Below are positions 16,216-29,641 of a stretch of 64,000 bases of DNA, one piece after another. Source of the stretch: Macrostomum lignano (lineage: Eukaryota). The stretch's first letter is position 1. Each line of letters begins with the position of its first letter. The notes beneath the pieces were generated by a model. The model was given only the letters and a program-made list of their open reading frames with translations. It ran no database searches and was not told the DNA's origin. The stretch covers positions 186,001 through 250,000 of the forward strand of contig NIVC01001194.1 in NCBI GenBank assembly GCA_002269645.1, given 5' to 3'. The position numbers were made by a program, and so were the translations under genes.

Positions 16216-19200
16216 TCAAGCAGTGCCATTTCCTGTGCCATTGTCCTGAGCAGCAGCCGCCGCAGCTCTTCGCTTGACATAGTCGGTGTCCGGCGGCGGT
16301 CCCGGCCAGGCCTGACGCCGCCGCAGCCGCTCCAGCCGACCGTTGAGCCTTTCGTAGCATTTCAACCGGTTGATGTCTTCGTGCTCGGCGATGGTCTCGG
16401 CGGTGAAAGTCGAGCCTCGCGACCGCTGCACCGCCCGGTCCATCATGTCGTAGACAATGTCCATGCAGAAGGCATAGGGATGGTCTGGATCAGCCAGGTA
16501 CAGCGCGTCGGAGCTGGACCGATTCGCTCGATCTTTCGGCCAGGTGTTCCAGTCGAATCCGCGCAGACTCTCGGCCAGAGAGCGCCGGTCTCGCTCCGAG
16601 TTGCCGTCCTGCAGGTACAGCAGACGGGCCGTCAGCTCGCCGGGCCGGAACACCAGCATTCCGGTGTCGTGCTGGTTGGCGATGCAGTGAATCTGGTTGG
16701 AGTGGTGCGCGCTCACAATGCTGCGATTGATGACGCAACCGCGGAAGCTCTCAGACTCCACCTGTTGCTGAGAGAGCGTCACGGCGACTCGCTGGCCGGA
16801 GGTGAGCGAGTAGAAAGTCACCTTGCCCATGACGTTGACCAGTAGGTAGGCGGATAAAGTGTAGTTGAAGCAGCCAGTGATGTCGAAGTTGACGTAGCGA
16901 GTCTGCTGAATTTCTGCATACTCTTTCTCCGTGAGCGGAATTATGATGCGCGGGTCGACCGGCTTCATGCTGCCGAGGTCCACGATGCACACCTGCGGTG
17001 TGAGGGGAGCTCTGGGTGAGTCACGGCTCAGGCATCATGTCTAAGGAGACTCAGGCACCATGTCTAAGAAGACTCAGGCACCATGTCCAAGGAGACTCAG
17101 GCACCATGTCTAAGAAGACTCAGACATCATGTCCAAGGAGACTCAGGTATCATGTCTAAGGAGACTCAGGTATCATGTCTAAGGAGACTCGGGCATAATG
17201 TCTAAGGAGACTCAGGCATCATGTCTAAGGAGACTCAGACATCATGTCTAAGGAGACTCAGGCATCATGTCTAATTAGACTCAGGCATCATGTCTAAGAA
17301 GACTCAGACAGAATATCTAAGGAGACTCAGACATCATGTCTAAGGAGACTCAGACATCATGTCTAAGGAGACTCAAGCATCATGTCTCAGGAGACTCAGG
17401 CATCATGTCTAAGAAGACTCAGGCATCATGTCTAAGAAGACTCAGACAGCATATCTAAGGAGACTCAGACATCATGTCTAAGGAGACTCAGACATCATGT
17501 CTAAGGAGACTCAAGCAGCAAGAAAAGCCCCAACCTCAATATGATGCTCCTCATCCTCCGGGTCAGTTGGAAAGAGGATCAGGCAGACCAGTCGAGTTCC
17601 TGTCCTGTCTAGCCTGGCGCCCAAGAACATCTCCGCTTCGAAGATATACGGCTTGTACACCCTGGTGATGTACCGCATCATGCGATCGTCCACTTTCAAA
17701 CGCGTCACTTCGTGAAACGCCCCTCCGGATTGCTTCACAGCTTCCAGAGGCGACTTATAGATTGTGGTCACCTGGCTGAACTCCGTTTGGGTGCGCCACG
17801 GGTAGCGCAGCTGGTTGCGTCTGGCCTCGGCCTCAGCTCGGCGCCTGGCCTCAGCCAACTCAGTTCGCTCCGTTTCCTGCGGTTCATTTGGGGTGGCGGG
17901 TGATTTGGGTTGGCGGGTGATTTGGGGTGGCGGGTGATTTGGGGTGGCGGGTGATTTGGGGTGGCGGTTTATTTGGGGTGGCGGGTGATTTGAGGTGGTG
18001 GGTGATTTGGGGTGGCGGGTGATTTCGGGTGGAAGGTGATTTGGGGTGGCGGGTGATTTGGGGTGGCGCGTGATTTGGGGTGGTGGGTGATTTCGGGTGG
18101 TGGGTGATTTCGGGTGGCGGGTGATTTCGGGTGGTGGGTGATTTGGGGTGGCGGGTGATTTCGGGTGGCGGGTGATTTGGGGTGGCGGGTGATTTGGGGT
18201 GGAGGTTTATTTGGGGTGGTGGTTTATTTGGGGTGGTGGGTGATTTGGGGTGGCGGGTGATTTCGGGTGGAAGGTGATTTGGGGTGGCGGGTGATTTGGG
18301 GTGGAAGGTGATTTGGGGTGGTGGGTGATTTGGGGTGGCAGGTGATTTGGGTTGGCGGGTGATTTGGGCTGTAAGTTAATTTGAAGCACTGTCTATGTGT
18401 TGCAGCCGTTGTTTCAAGCGTCCACCGGAGTCTCACCGGATTGTACGCCTCGGCATCGAAGCGCACCATGGCGGGGGTTGCGGGGTCGGGCCGGTATTTC
18501 TCCTTGTCCATCCTGATTCTGTGCACCCGCAGCGGCCTCATGCCACGCCTGGCATCGGCCAGGAACTCGGCTCGGTACCGCCACACCACCAGGTACCCGC
18601 CGCTGTCCACTGTGAAGAAATCGCCAGTGTTCTCAATGGCTCCCATGAGCAGCAAATCCCTGCTGTGCTCAACAAACAGTTCGCAGTCAATTCGCAGGTC
18701 AGTGATCTTGTGACCAAGTCGGCGTGGATCTCGCAGCCGTGGCCACTTCAGCACCTGCGACTGAGACTCCTGAACATCGTCGAGCAGCTGCTCGGTGTCC
18801 AACTTGATCACGTGATGGCTGGACATTGCCAGGCAGAAATGCGGCTGCGAGCCCATCACGGTGAAGGCTGGGAAGAAGGCGCAGCCCACGGCCTGCCAGC
18901 TGGTGTCCGGCCGGGTGGCGGCCGCCGACTCGGCAGCGAAGGGGCCCTCGGTGAAGCGCAGCTCGTGGGCAGGAATGTCGCCCAGGATGTTCAGCGGGCT
19001 GACAGCCGCGGCGCTGTTTTTACCGGCGGCGGGCTGCCGCTGCTGCTCCGGCGACAGAGGCGCGTAGTGGACGGACCAGGCGCGGACGTCGCCGCTGGCG
19101 TGGACGCTGACGAGGTTCCCGGAGTCAGCTGACCAGGCCAGGCTGTCCACCGTCTGCGGCTGGCGGCCGGATGGCTGCTGCCGCGACTTCTGCTGCTCCT

Positions 19201-22200
19201 GCTGCTGTTCGTTGGAGACTGGCGAGTATCTGCGGAGATGAGGAGACTTCACTGTTGAGAGAGCGGACGCTGGACTGCATTACTCCCAGTCACGAATACT
19301 CCCAGATCCTAAATTAGTCACTAAAAACAAAATCTTCTCTCAGCACTTAAAACCCTCTCTGAGATCCCAAAACCCTCTTTAGAATCCCAAAACCCACTTT
19401 AGGATCCCAGAACCCTCGCTGGTGTCCCAAACCCTCTCTGGGATCCCAAAACCCTCTTTAGGATCCCAAAACCCTCTTTAGGATCCCAAAACTCTCTTTA
19501 AGATCCCAAAACCCTCTTTAGGATCCTAAAACCCTCTTTAGGATCATAAAACCCTCTTGAGGATCCCAAAAACCTCCTTAGGATCTTAAAACCCACCTTA
19601 GAATCCCAAAACCCTCTTTAGAATCCCAAAACCCACCTTAGAATCCCAAAACCTCTTTAGGATCATGAAACCCTCTTGAGGTTCCCAAAACCCTCTTTAG
19701 GATCCCAAAACCCTCTTTAGGATCCCAAAATCCTCTTTAGGATCATAAAACCCTCTTTGGCATCCCAAAACTCTGTAGGATCCCAAAGCCCTCTTTAGGA
19801 TCCACAAAGACCTTTTGAGGATCCAAGAACCCTGTCTGGGATCTCAAAGCCCTCTCTCGGATCCCAAAACCATAAAATCCCGATCCATCAGATCTCAATA
19901 TCCCGACTCTCCAATCCAACAACTCACCGAAAGGCCACGAAATTTCCTCCCTTGAATTTTCTATCAAAATCGTAAACCAGCAGGTCGCCTCTCATGGTTC
20001 CCACGGCAACCAGTCTGTTGTCATTGGATACGGACGCGCAGGAGAAGCCTCCGGTGAATCCCAGCAAAGAAATTCCCGTGTAGTTGCAGACGATCTGCTT
20101 CCAGTAGCGCAGTTCCTGACTGGCGAACTTCTTCAGCTTGATCATGTTCTTCTTGCCGACGTAGTCGGGTTCAATGCGCTCGTTGAGCTGCAGCCGGGTG
20201 TCCCAGGGCAGCAGCTGGGTGTAGTCAATGATCTCGGAGGTGTCCTCCACTTCGGGCACCACCTGCTTCGTGGCTGCGGGTGCCGCCGGCAGAGCTGAGC
20301 TCTTCTTCATGCCGTGTCGCCATAGCAACGGTTTTTCTATCGATCGCTGGCGTTTTAACTTGTAGAACGTTCGAACTGCGACCTCGTATTCGGGCTCTGA
20401 TGGCTTCCGGCCTGTGGTAGAGATTAGCATAGATTCAATGGATTTAATGGAATGGTTTAGGTGGCGCCGGGATAGTCTTAATGGCGCCAGGGTGGTTTTA
20501 ATGGCGCCAGGGTGGTTTTAGTGGCGCCAGGGTGGTTGTAGTAGCGCTAGGATGGTTTTAGTGGCGCTAATATAGTTTTAATGGCGCCAGGGTGGTTTTA
20601 GTGGCGCCAGGGTGGTTGTAGTAGCGCTAGGATGGTTTTAGTGGCGCTAATATAGTTTTAATGGCGCCAGGGTGGTTTTAGTGACGCCAATATGGTTTTG
20701 GTGGCGCTATGATAGTTTAGTGGCGCCAGGATATTTTCAGTGGCGCCAATGTGGTTTTAGTGGCGCCAAGATGGTTCTATTGGCGCCAAGATGGTTCTAT
20801 TGGCGCCAAGATGATTCTAGTGGCGCCAAGATGGTTCTAGTGGCGCCAAAATAGGTGTACGGGGTGTACAGTGACCCTGCTTAGACTTTCTAATCGTCAA
20901 GGCATGTACACTCTATGTGCCTTGTTGGTGGCCGGCCCTCATGGGGGCTGCGCGAGCGGAAGCCTCACCAGTCAGCTGTCCCACAATGGCGGCCTCGGCC
21001 TGCCGCATGCAGCTCTGGTCGGCCAGGTTCGCTGCCAGTCCCTTCAGGTAGAGAAACTCCCTGCCAGCCAGCTGGCCCAGCTCGCCAGTGACCTCCAGGA
21101 GAAGCTCCTCGCAGACCAGCTGGACCGCACCGGACCACACAGCTGCTTGGGTGTCGCGATTCAACGCCTCAATCGATTCGTGCCTCTCGCCGAGCACCAA
21201 GTCCAGCACGCGTTCAACTTCGTCCAGTACGATCTGTCGGCAGGCGTAATAAGCTGGCAGCTGCCACGGCTCATAGGTGTCGATGCCCAGCTCGCCGGCG
21301 TAAGGCCGTCGCATGAATTCCCGACGTCGGGCGAGCTCTTGTCGGCGGCGTCGGACTCGGGCCTCCTCGGCTGCGAGCTGTTGGCGAGTCAGTTGGACTG
21401 TTTCCACCACTGGCTCCGGGTGTCTGGCGGGCCGTTGTGGGGTGGCTGGTGCGGCTGTTGTTGATAAGTCTACAGTAAGACTACAGTTTTTACCCATTCT
21501 AATGGCAATGACAATTGTTCTATAGTTAAATTATTTCTAACTTTCTACAGGCAATAGCCATCTTTCATAAAGTAATGAACATCATTCTACATGCAACAAC
21601 TATCATTCTACAGGTAACAACCATCATTCTACATGCAACAACCATCATTCTACATGTAACAACCATCATTCTACAGGTAATGACCATCATTCTACATGTA
21701 ATGACCATTATTTTACAAGTAATGAGAAGAATCATACAAGAACTGATCGTCATTCTACCAGTAATGCTCATAATCAAATAGCCGGGTATTAACACCAAAA
21801 AGTAAAGCCACCGCCTCACTTTCGCCGATAAATCTCAGGGTCACCGGGCACCCTGGACCCGATCTTCTCCCAGCGATACTGAAACGTCTTCGGCAAAGTG
21901 TCGTCAACGAATGGCGGCGACAGCGGGCGACGGTCGAATTGGCGACGCTGTTCGCGGAGGGCCTCGCGCTCCTGCAGCATCACTTCGCGGTTGTTGTTTA
22001 ACCTGTCTGTAACAGGTTGTAACAGGATTGAGAATGTTAGTCTCACTGTGTACTTTTTGTGCCCTATTTTGCCAATGCAAATGTTCTAGATTGGTTAGAT
22101 ATGACATAGTGTCACATGTTAGATAGGAGAGTGTCACCTGTTAGATAGGATGGTGTCACCTGTTAGACATGATAGTGTCACCTGTTAGACATGATGATTT

Positions 22201-23447
22201 CGCCTGTTAGACAGGATGGTGCCATCTGTTACATTGTTACAATGCCCTGCTTCTAAATCCCAATACGTAACACTGTGACACAAGCCTCAATGTCTAACAG
22301 TGTGACACAAGCCTCACCAATATCCCTAACAGTGTGACACAAGCCTCACCAATGCCTGACAGTGTGACACAAGCCTCACCAATATCCCTGACAGTGTGAC
22401 ACAAGCCTCGCCAAATCCCTTAACAGTGTGACACAAGCCTCACAAATATCCCTAACAAGGTGACACAAGCCTCACCAATATCCCTAACAGTGTGACACAA
22501 GCCTCACCAATATCCCTGACAGTGTGACACAAGCCTCACAAATATCCCTAACAGTGTGACACAAGCCTCACCAATATCCCTGACAGTGTGACACAAGCCT
22601 CACCAATATCCCTGACAGTGTGACACAAGCCTCACCATGCAATATCCCTGACAGTGTGACACAAGCCTCACCAATATCCCTGACAGTGTGACACAAGCCT
22701 CACCATGCAATATCCCTGACAGTGTGACACAAGCCTCACCAATATCCCTGACAGTGTGACACAAGCCTCACCATGCAATATCCCTGACAGTGTGACACAA
22801 GCCTCACCAATATCCCTGACAGTGTGACACAAGCCTCACCAATATCCCTGACAGTGTGACACAAGCCTCACCAATATCCCTGACAGTGTGACACAAGCCT
22901 CACCAATATCCCTGACAGTGTGACACAAGCCTCACCAATATCCCTGACAGTGTGACACAAGCCTCACCAATATCCCTGACAGTGTGACACAAGCCTCACC
23001 AATATCCCTGACAGTGTGACACAAGCCTCACCAATATCCCTGACAGTGTGACACAAGCCTCACCAATATCCCTGACAGTGTGACACAAGCCTCACCAATG
23101 CGCCCTCTGAAGGCGTCTTTCAGCTGGTTGTTCTGCTCTCGCCTGTCCAGCAGCTGGGTGCGGTAGCTGGTCGCACCGGCCTCGCCGCCGCCACCCAGCG
23201 GTCCCCGGTAGGCCATCTCGCTCACGGACTGCCGATAGTAACGACTGGTCGGCACCGGGACGGTCAGCGCCGCGGTGGCGGCTCCCTGAAGTCGGGTGTC
23301 GTGCAGCAGCCGGTTCTGCCGCTCCCAGTTGCCGCGGAGTTGCAGCAGCGCCGCCTCGCCTTCGTCCGGCACCCGGCCGTCGGCGTCGCCGTCATCATCG
23401 CCGGTGGCTCGACGCACGAATCTGTAGCTGCGCTTGGTTCCGGCCAT
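16216..23447 (-). CDS. Uncharacterised ~1129-aa WD40-like beta-propeller protein with N-terminal coiled coil; exons 23447-23096, 22006-21820, 21423-20969, 20411-19928, 19229-18437, 17876-17535, 16992-16216
   Basis: Seven GC-rich exons with canonical GT-AG sites and matching phases total 3390 nt with no internal stop. WD-like blades: FSCASVSNDNRLVAVGTMRGDLLVYD and VDSLAWSADSGNLVSVHASGDVRAWS. Ortholog not recognised. Confidence 0.8.
17030..17510. repeat. 23-nt intronic minisatellite (ggagactcaggcatcatgtctaa)
   Basis: Direct reading. Confidence 0.9.
17890..18368. repeat. 17-nt G-rich intronic minisatellite (ggtgatttggggtggcg)
   Basis: Direct reading. Confidence 0.9.
19365..19870. repeat. 20-nt intronic minisatellite (ggatcccaaaaccctcttta)
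   Basis: Direct reading. Confidence 0.9.
20460..20850. repeat. 20-nt intronic minisatellite (gtggcgccagggtggtttta)
   Basis: Direct reading. Confidence 0.85.
21585..21720. repeat. 21-nt intronic minisatellite (catcattctacatgtaacaac)
   Basis: Direct reading. Confidence 0.8.
22272..23095. repeat. 32-nt intronic minisatellite, ~25 units, abutting the exon-1 donor
   Basis: Unit tgacagtgtgacacaagcctcaccaatatccc; period 32 checked at 22981/23013. Confidence 0.95.
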
Positions 23448-24823
23448 GGATCCCGGCAGCGGTGCAGGGGATTTGGGAGTTTCTGTAGACTATAGAATCC
23501 TTTGAAACTTTGCTAGAACTTTCCTTGTGTCTCTTCTGTATGGACTCAAAGTTGAGCTTCGCGTGAAATGGGAGGGGTGGCTTCTACCTGCCTGTCTGCC
23601 TGCTTGCCTGTCTGCCTCTTTCTGGATCGCACAAAATTTATTTTTGCACAATCGCGTGGGCTGGAGAGAGAGAGAGAGGGCTGAGAAGGGAGAGACAGAG
23701 TACATCAACTCAAAAAGAGTGTACGCTGAGCACAGAATTGAGTCCTTAACTGTGAGGTCGTCGCTCTTCTAAGCTGAGCCAATTTCAAATCCAAGCAGCG
23801 TCATAATTTTCTCTCCTTTTGTTGCCACAGAAATCTTGGATAGAGAAAGTAAACGAGAATATGGCGGCCCAAATTCCATATATTTACAGCACACTTTGCT
23901 GACTACTGCATCCAGCAGTAGCATCAACCGCTAAAACAGTGAAAAGACAGACCATTTTTGAAAACCGCGTTCTTTCCAGCGAAAAGATTTGACTTTCCAT
24001 GAAAGAACAAGAAAATTGCGAAATACTCGTAGTTCCCATTTGATCAATAATTATCGGAGTGCATTGAAATTATATTCATTTGTATACTTCAGTATATTTA
24101 TTATCATCAATAGGAAAAATAAAATAAAAATACTGCACAATATCCCCTGGATAGCTATAGTTAAATAAATTTCTTGTAGCTACTCATTATAACTTCCGAA
24201 TGAAGAGAAACAATGTTATAAATAGATTAACTTTGTTATGATCAGACAATTAAGAATATATTGTTAATAAGTGTGTTTTTACAGCAGATAGTAGGGTACG
24301 TTTGAGTCAGCTTATATTCTGGCTTTTAACTTTTTCAGTATATAACCAATTTCAGTAAAACAAATTCAAATAATTCAATCGTATTTAAAATCGTTTTAAA
24401 ATTGTATGTAATGTTTGTGATTAATCCTTTATTGTTAATCGGGGCTAATTAAAAATATAAATAAATAATATATTATTTTGTCGCCTTCAGTCGAATCCAT
24501 GTGACTTCAAGTTTTTATATTTTGAAATTTGTAGCGTCGGTTGTAGTGACTTTGATTTATTCTTTTCATATTGCTATTCTCATTCGTCTGATTTATATAC
24601 TAGTTTGTTTTACTGACTGTTTTGTTTTACTGAAACTGAAACTGAATTGTTTTACTGACGTACTCTATATATACATGCACTGAATAAGAGTAATAAAATC
24701 TTATAATAAGCCAGTATTCAGGCTAAAAATCCGAACTGTTATCATATAGAATTGGCACGAACCCATGCACACACACTACTACTATAGCTACATTGGTCAG
24801 TAGCATGCATGTACATGCAAGCT

Positions 24824-26436
24824 TCAATCAATCTCTGCTGTTTCTGGCAACTTTGCAACTGCTAATTGCTGAGGCGCATGAGCGCTGCTTTGATGCACTT
24901 GCACTTTTGTGACCATCTCAGAGCTACTACGAACGGCTGATTTTGATGTAGATGATGATGCTGGAGCGCCAACAGTTTTCACTGCAGGCTGAGGCGGTGA
25001 GAAACGCCTGGAGTAGCGCACAGACGGGTTTCGAGACAGAGGCGGCTGCGACAGTCGCTGCTGATCGATTTGCCTGGCCAGCAGTTCGTCCATCGCGGCC
25101 GCTGCTGATGTCGACGAACAGTCGGAACTCGGCGAGTGCATCTCGTCCGCGGCACTTCGGCTGTGGGCTTGGATGTTGAACTGACGACGGCTGGACGGCG
25201 ACAACCGAAAGCTGGATGTCCGGGACAGAGCTAACAGGGTTGGCTTCTCTGCTGGAGTGCTTTGCAGAAGCAGCATTTCCTGCTGTTGCAGACTCTGCTT
25301 AAGTTGTTGTTGCTTCATCAGTTGCTGCTTTTGTTCTTCATCGTCTGACAGGAAGCTGGCATTGTCGTAGTAGCAGCCATGCACGGTCATGCTCCGACGC
25401 TCCGGTCTGTCAGACTTCTTTTGCAACTTGTTGCCTGCTTTTTGGGGCGAAGGTATTTGGGGGGAACGAGAAAATTTTGCTACGACCTTGTAGCAGCTAT
25501 ATCAACAGAATTCGCAGCCAATGGCAATTGCCTAGAACAGCATGAGTCACCCCTGAAGCGCAGCCTTGGTTGGAAACAGATTTCTGGGATCCACGCACGT
25601 GCACGTTCGTTTTCTAGGAAAAACTGCCTTTTTAGGAAAATCCCTCAGAACGCGCGGGTTTTATGTGAGAACAGCTGCGGATTATGAAATAGCAAAATAT
25701 TTCTGCTCCAATATGGACTGGCTCAGTTTGCTTCTGCCGATTCTCTGGCTGCTTGGCAATGCATGTAACTAAAATCTCGCCCCCTCGCTCAATTGTAACC
25801 ATGGCAACTACGCGGCTGTCAGCAAGGGGATTTAGGGGGTCGACAATGAGCAGGAACGTTAGCAGGAACATGCAGACAAAGTCAATAACGGCGATCCCTA
25901 CAAAATTTACAATTATTGCAGTAAAAAAGAAACGGCTTGATTGGAGTGGAGTTATAATATGATCGTGAAGTAGAAGGCAGTCAACAACTGCTTATTTTTT
26001 CAATTTTAGATGCAGCAGCTATTTTCCTGTCCCGTGAATTTCATAAAATTTTGGACCTGACAAATGTACTTGGCAGTATATGTTGCTAGAGTTATCAGTA
26101 ACGAGAAAAATTAATCAGGGGTGGTCATTATTGTAAAGGATGTGAGTTAACTGAGTAATCTGGGACACAATTTACTGGCAGATAACAGTTTTGACCATAG
26201 ACAGTTCGTTCTATCAACTAATTTTCGTGCTTTCTCTACCGCTCAACTATAGGTGGCATTGAAACGGGTCGATCTATACACCAGACCATTAGTTTAATAG
26301 TCCTGCTACAAATATTTTTAAAAAGAACTCACGCATTAAAGACGCCCAATGCTAAGCGAGTAGTCGACTGGCTTGTATTCTTGGACGTGACATTTTCAAG
26401 CATATTCAAAATGTCGCATGAAAGCGTAATTCTTAG
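24824..26436 (-). CDS. Partial multi-exon gene for a putative membrane protein; candidate exons 26436-26333, ~25935 or 25897 to 25812, and 25486-24824
   Basis: A frame open for over 220 codons ends at 24824. Upstream is a hydrophobic stretch FFTAIIVNFVGIAVIDFVCMFLLTFLLIV and an exon with NVT/NTS sequons ending in GC|GTGAGT. The 5' end is not resolved and no family was recognised. Confidence 0.4.
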
Positions 26437-26764
26437 CTGCTAAGAGAATCAGCTATAGACCCTTTACGCAGCAGACTAATAGGGACAGAGGTGGGCCCAG
26501 CAACTCAAGATTACTACTGAGCTTTCTAGAGACAGATCTTCGGTACTCTGCACTCCGAAAGCGAGTACTCGTAAAGCTCTTTGCGTTGTTGAGTAAGCAA
26601 AGCTTGTACACAATTATATTGTGCACAGGTTGCGCGAGTGCGCTGTATGTTGGCTATTGTACAATCGTTTCAAGCTGTACGAGTTAACAGAAACCAGATT
26701 GAGAAATGTGAAGTAAATTCAATGTCGACTAGCTAATGACTAGTTAGAACAATCTTGGAGTCTA

Positions 26765-27785
26765 GCCCAGCAACTGACACTCTGGGAGGCAAGCCCAGTA
26801 GCTGAGGATCTGGGAGGCTGACCCAGCAACTGACACTCTGGGAGGCAAGCCCAGTAGCTGAGGATCTGGGAGGCTGACCCAGCAACTGACACTCTGGGAG
26901 GCAAGCCCAGCAGCTGAGGATCTGGGAGGCTGGCCCAGCAACTGACACTCTGGGAGGCAAGACCAGTAGCTGAGGATCTGGGAGGCTGGCCCAGCAACTG
27001 ACACTCTGGGAGGCAAGCCCAGCAGCTGAGGATCTGGGAGGCTGGCCCAGCAACTGACACTCTGGGAGGCAAGCCCAGTAGCTGAGGATCTGGGAGGCTG
27101 GCCCAGCAACTGGCACTCTGGGAGGCAAGCCCAGCAGCTGAGGATCTGGGAGGCTGGCCCAGCAACTGACACTCTGGGAGGCAAGCCCAGCAGCTGAGGA
27201 TCTGGGAGGCTGGCCCAGCAACTGACACTCTGGGAGGCAAGCCCAGCAGCTGAGGATCTGGGAGGCTGGCTCAGCAACTGACACTCTGGGAGGCAAGCCC
27301 AGCAGCTGAGGATCTGGGAGGCTGGCCCAGCAACTGACACTCTGGGAGGCAAGCCCAGCAGCTGAGGATCTGGGAGGCTGGCCCAGCAACTGACACTCTG
27401 GGAGGCAAGCCCAGCAGCTGAGGATCTGGGAGGCTGGCCCAGCAACTGACACTCTGGGAGGCAAGCCCAGCAGCTGAGGATCTGGGAGGCTGGCCCAGCA
27501 ACTGACACTCTGGGAGGCTGGCCCAGCAACTGAGGATCTGGGAGGCTGGCCCAGCAACTGGGGATCTGGGAGGCTGGCCCAGCAACTGAGGATCTGGAAG
27601 GCTGGCCCAGCAACTGAGGATCTGGAAGGCTGGTGGCCCAGCAACTGGGGATCTGGGAGGCTGGCTCAGCAACTGAGGATCTGGAAGGCTGGCCCAGCAA
27701 CTGAGGATCTGGAAGGCTGGTGGCCCAGCAACTGGGGATCTGGGAGGCTGGCTCAGCAACTGAGGATCTGGAAGGCTGGCCCAGC
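26765..27785. repeat. 28-nt minisatellite organised as a 56-nt A-B dimer
   Basis: Alternating cagcaactgacactctgggaggcaagcc and cagcagctgaggatctgggaggctggcc, with monomeric variants after ~27510. Confidence 0.92.
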
Positions 27786-28489
27786 ATCTGATTCTGAGCA
27801 TTTGAGAATCGTAACTCAGTATGAAGAAGAAAATGTGAAGTCTCTCTCATTTAGTATTAATACATAGTTTAAGAAAAAAACAGCCTCAAAGTATGAAGCC
27901 AAACGTATTGAGGGCACCCGCGCTTGTATTTTTTCTCGAAAAATGAAAAAGGCGATTTTTTAAGGCGCAAAAATGGCAAACGAGAATAGCAGGCGGCTAT
28001 AACTATAGACATATTTCTTGTTTAGAAAAACTACTTGCAGTAGGCTAATCGAATATTCAACATATTCTAATATTTAGGGTAGATACAAGTCGGTTAGACA
28101 TCGAAATTTGTCAGATCAAATGGTTTGAAAAGTTTTCGAAAATACGGAACTCCAGAGATCCTCCAATTAGGTAAAATTTCTTTGCAAAAGAAAAACTACG
28201 AGCATCTACCCTAGCAACTGTAACAAAAACGAACGAAATAGGAGCCGAACTGGGAATCTCGAAAGTAGGCGTCATAATCTTTAAAAAATGGTAGAAATTG
28301 CTCTAAATCACAGAGATATTTTGGTACACAATGGGACGAATTAAGGCGTAGAGGTTAGATAAATAAAAGATTTTTATTAATTTGACACTCTCAGCAATAG
28401 AAGGAATACAGTGAAGAACGAAATAAGTATGTCCTGTTTGTGTAAATATAAAATCGCTAACATAAAGTGGCATTGTAACTTACTTTTCA

Positions 28490-29325
28490 CTTAGTCAGTC
28501 AGTCAATCAATGAGCATATCAATCAATCCAATAACACGCTGATCAATCAATCAATCAATTAATTAATCAATCAGCTGATCAATCAATCAATCATTTGATC
28601 AATCAACCAATTAGCTGATCAATCAATCAATCATTAAATCAATCCAACAATAAGCTGATCAATCAATCAATCAATCAATCAGCTGATCAATCAATCAATC
28701 ACTCAATCAATCAGCTGATCAATCAATCAATCAATCAATCAGCTGATCAATCAATCAATCACTCAATCAATCAGCTGATCAATCACTCAATCAATCAGCT
28801 GATCAATCAATCAATCAATCAATCAGCTGATCAATCAATCAATCAATCAATCAGCTGATCAATCAATCAATCAATCAATCAGCTGATCAATCAATCAATC
28901 ACTCAATCAATCAGCTGATCAATCACTCAATCAATCAGCTGATCAATCAATCAATCAATCAATCAATCACTCAATCAATCAGCTGATCAATCAATCAATC
29001 AGCTGATCAATCAATCAATCAATCAATCAACCAATAAGCAGATCAATCAATCAATCAATCAATCAGCTGATCAATCAATCAATCAGCTGATCAATCAATC
29101 AATAAGCTGATCAATCACTCAATCAATCAGCTGATCAATCAATCAATCAATCAGCTGATCAATCAATCAATAAGCTGATCAATCAAAAAATAAGCTGATC
29201 AATCACTCAATCAGCTGATCAATCAATCACTCAATAAATCAGCTGATCAATCAGGCAGCAAACTAAGCAGTCAACAAATCCATCAACCAGCAAATCAATC
29301 ATTAGATTATCCAACTAATCAATCA
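28490..29325. repeat. (ATCA)n microsatellite punctuated by GCTG
   Basis: Direct reading. Confidence 0.95.
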
Positions 29326-29326
29326 A

Positions 29327-29641
29327 TCAGTCGTCATCATCATCCGGCACAAAGATGTCGTTCTCCTCCAGGAAGGCGGCGCCCTCGCGGCTCATGCCAG
29401 CGCCCAGCAGCAGAGAGGGCACAAGCAGCAGCATAGCCTTGACCAAGCCGAGCGGAGTCTGCAGCGGCTTGTCGTGCAGCGCCCCGGTGTCTCGGTAGGC
29501 CCCGCCAGAGCCGTCGTAGCAGCGAACAGGTGGAGGCGGCGGCGGCGATGCAGCAGAGGCGCGCGGCGCCCGACGCGCAGACGAGGCGGCCAGCACGGAG
29601 AAGCCGCGCCTGACTACTGACACCAGTAGAGTGGGGCGCAT
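29327..29641 (-). CDS. SMDT1: Essential MCU regulator (EMRE), mitochondrial; 104 aa, intronless CDS
   Basis: Arg/Ser-rich presequence, GA....P motif, a single TM and the hallmark acidic tail AAFLEENDIFVPDDDDD*. Confidence 0.93.
   Translation of the reverse strand: MRPTLLVSVVRRGFSVLAASSARRAPRASAASPPPPPPVRCYDGSGGAYRDTGALHDKPLQTPLGLVKAMLLLVPSLLLGAGMSREGAAFLEENDIFVPDDDDD

Noticed and set aside
22272-23095. CRISPR-like regularly spaced ~32-nt repeats here and in other arrays
   Set aside because: Units are head-to-tail with no unique spacers and no cas genes; the context is a eukaryotic intron.
26733-27850. 300-360-aa ORFs in three minus frames
   Set aside because: A stop-free 56-nt repeat cycles through all frames; there is no coding signature.
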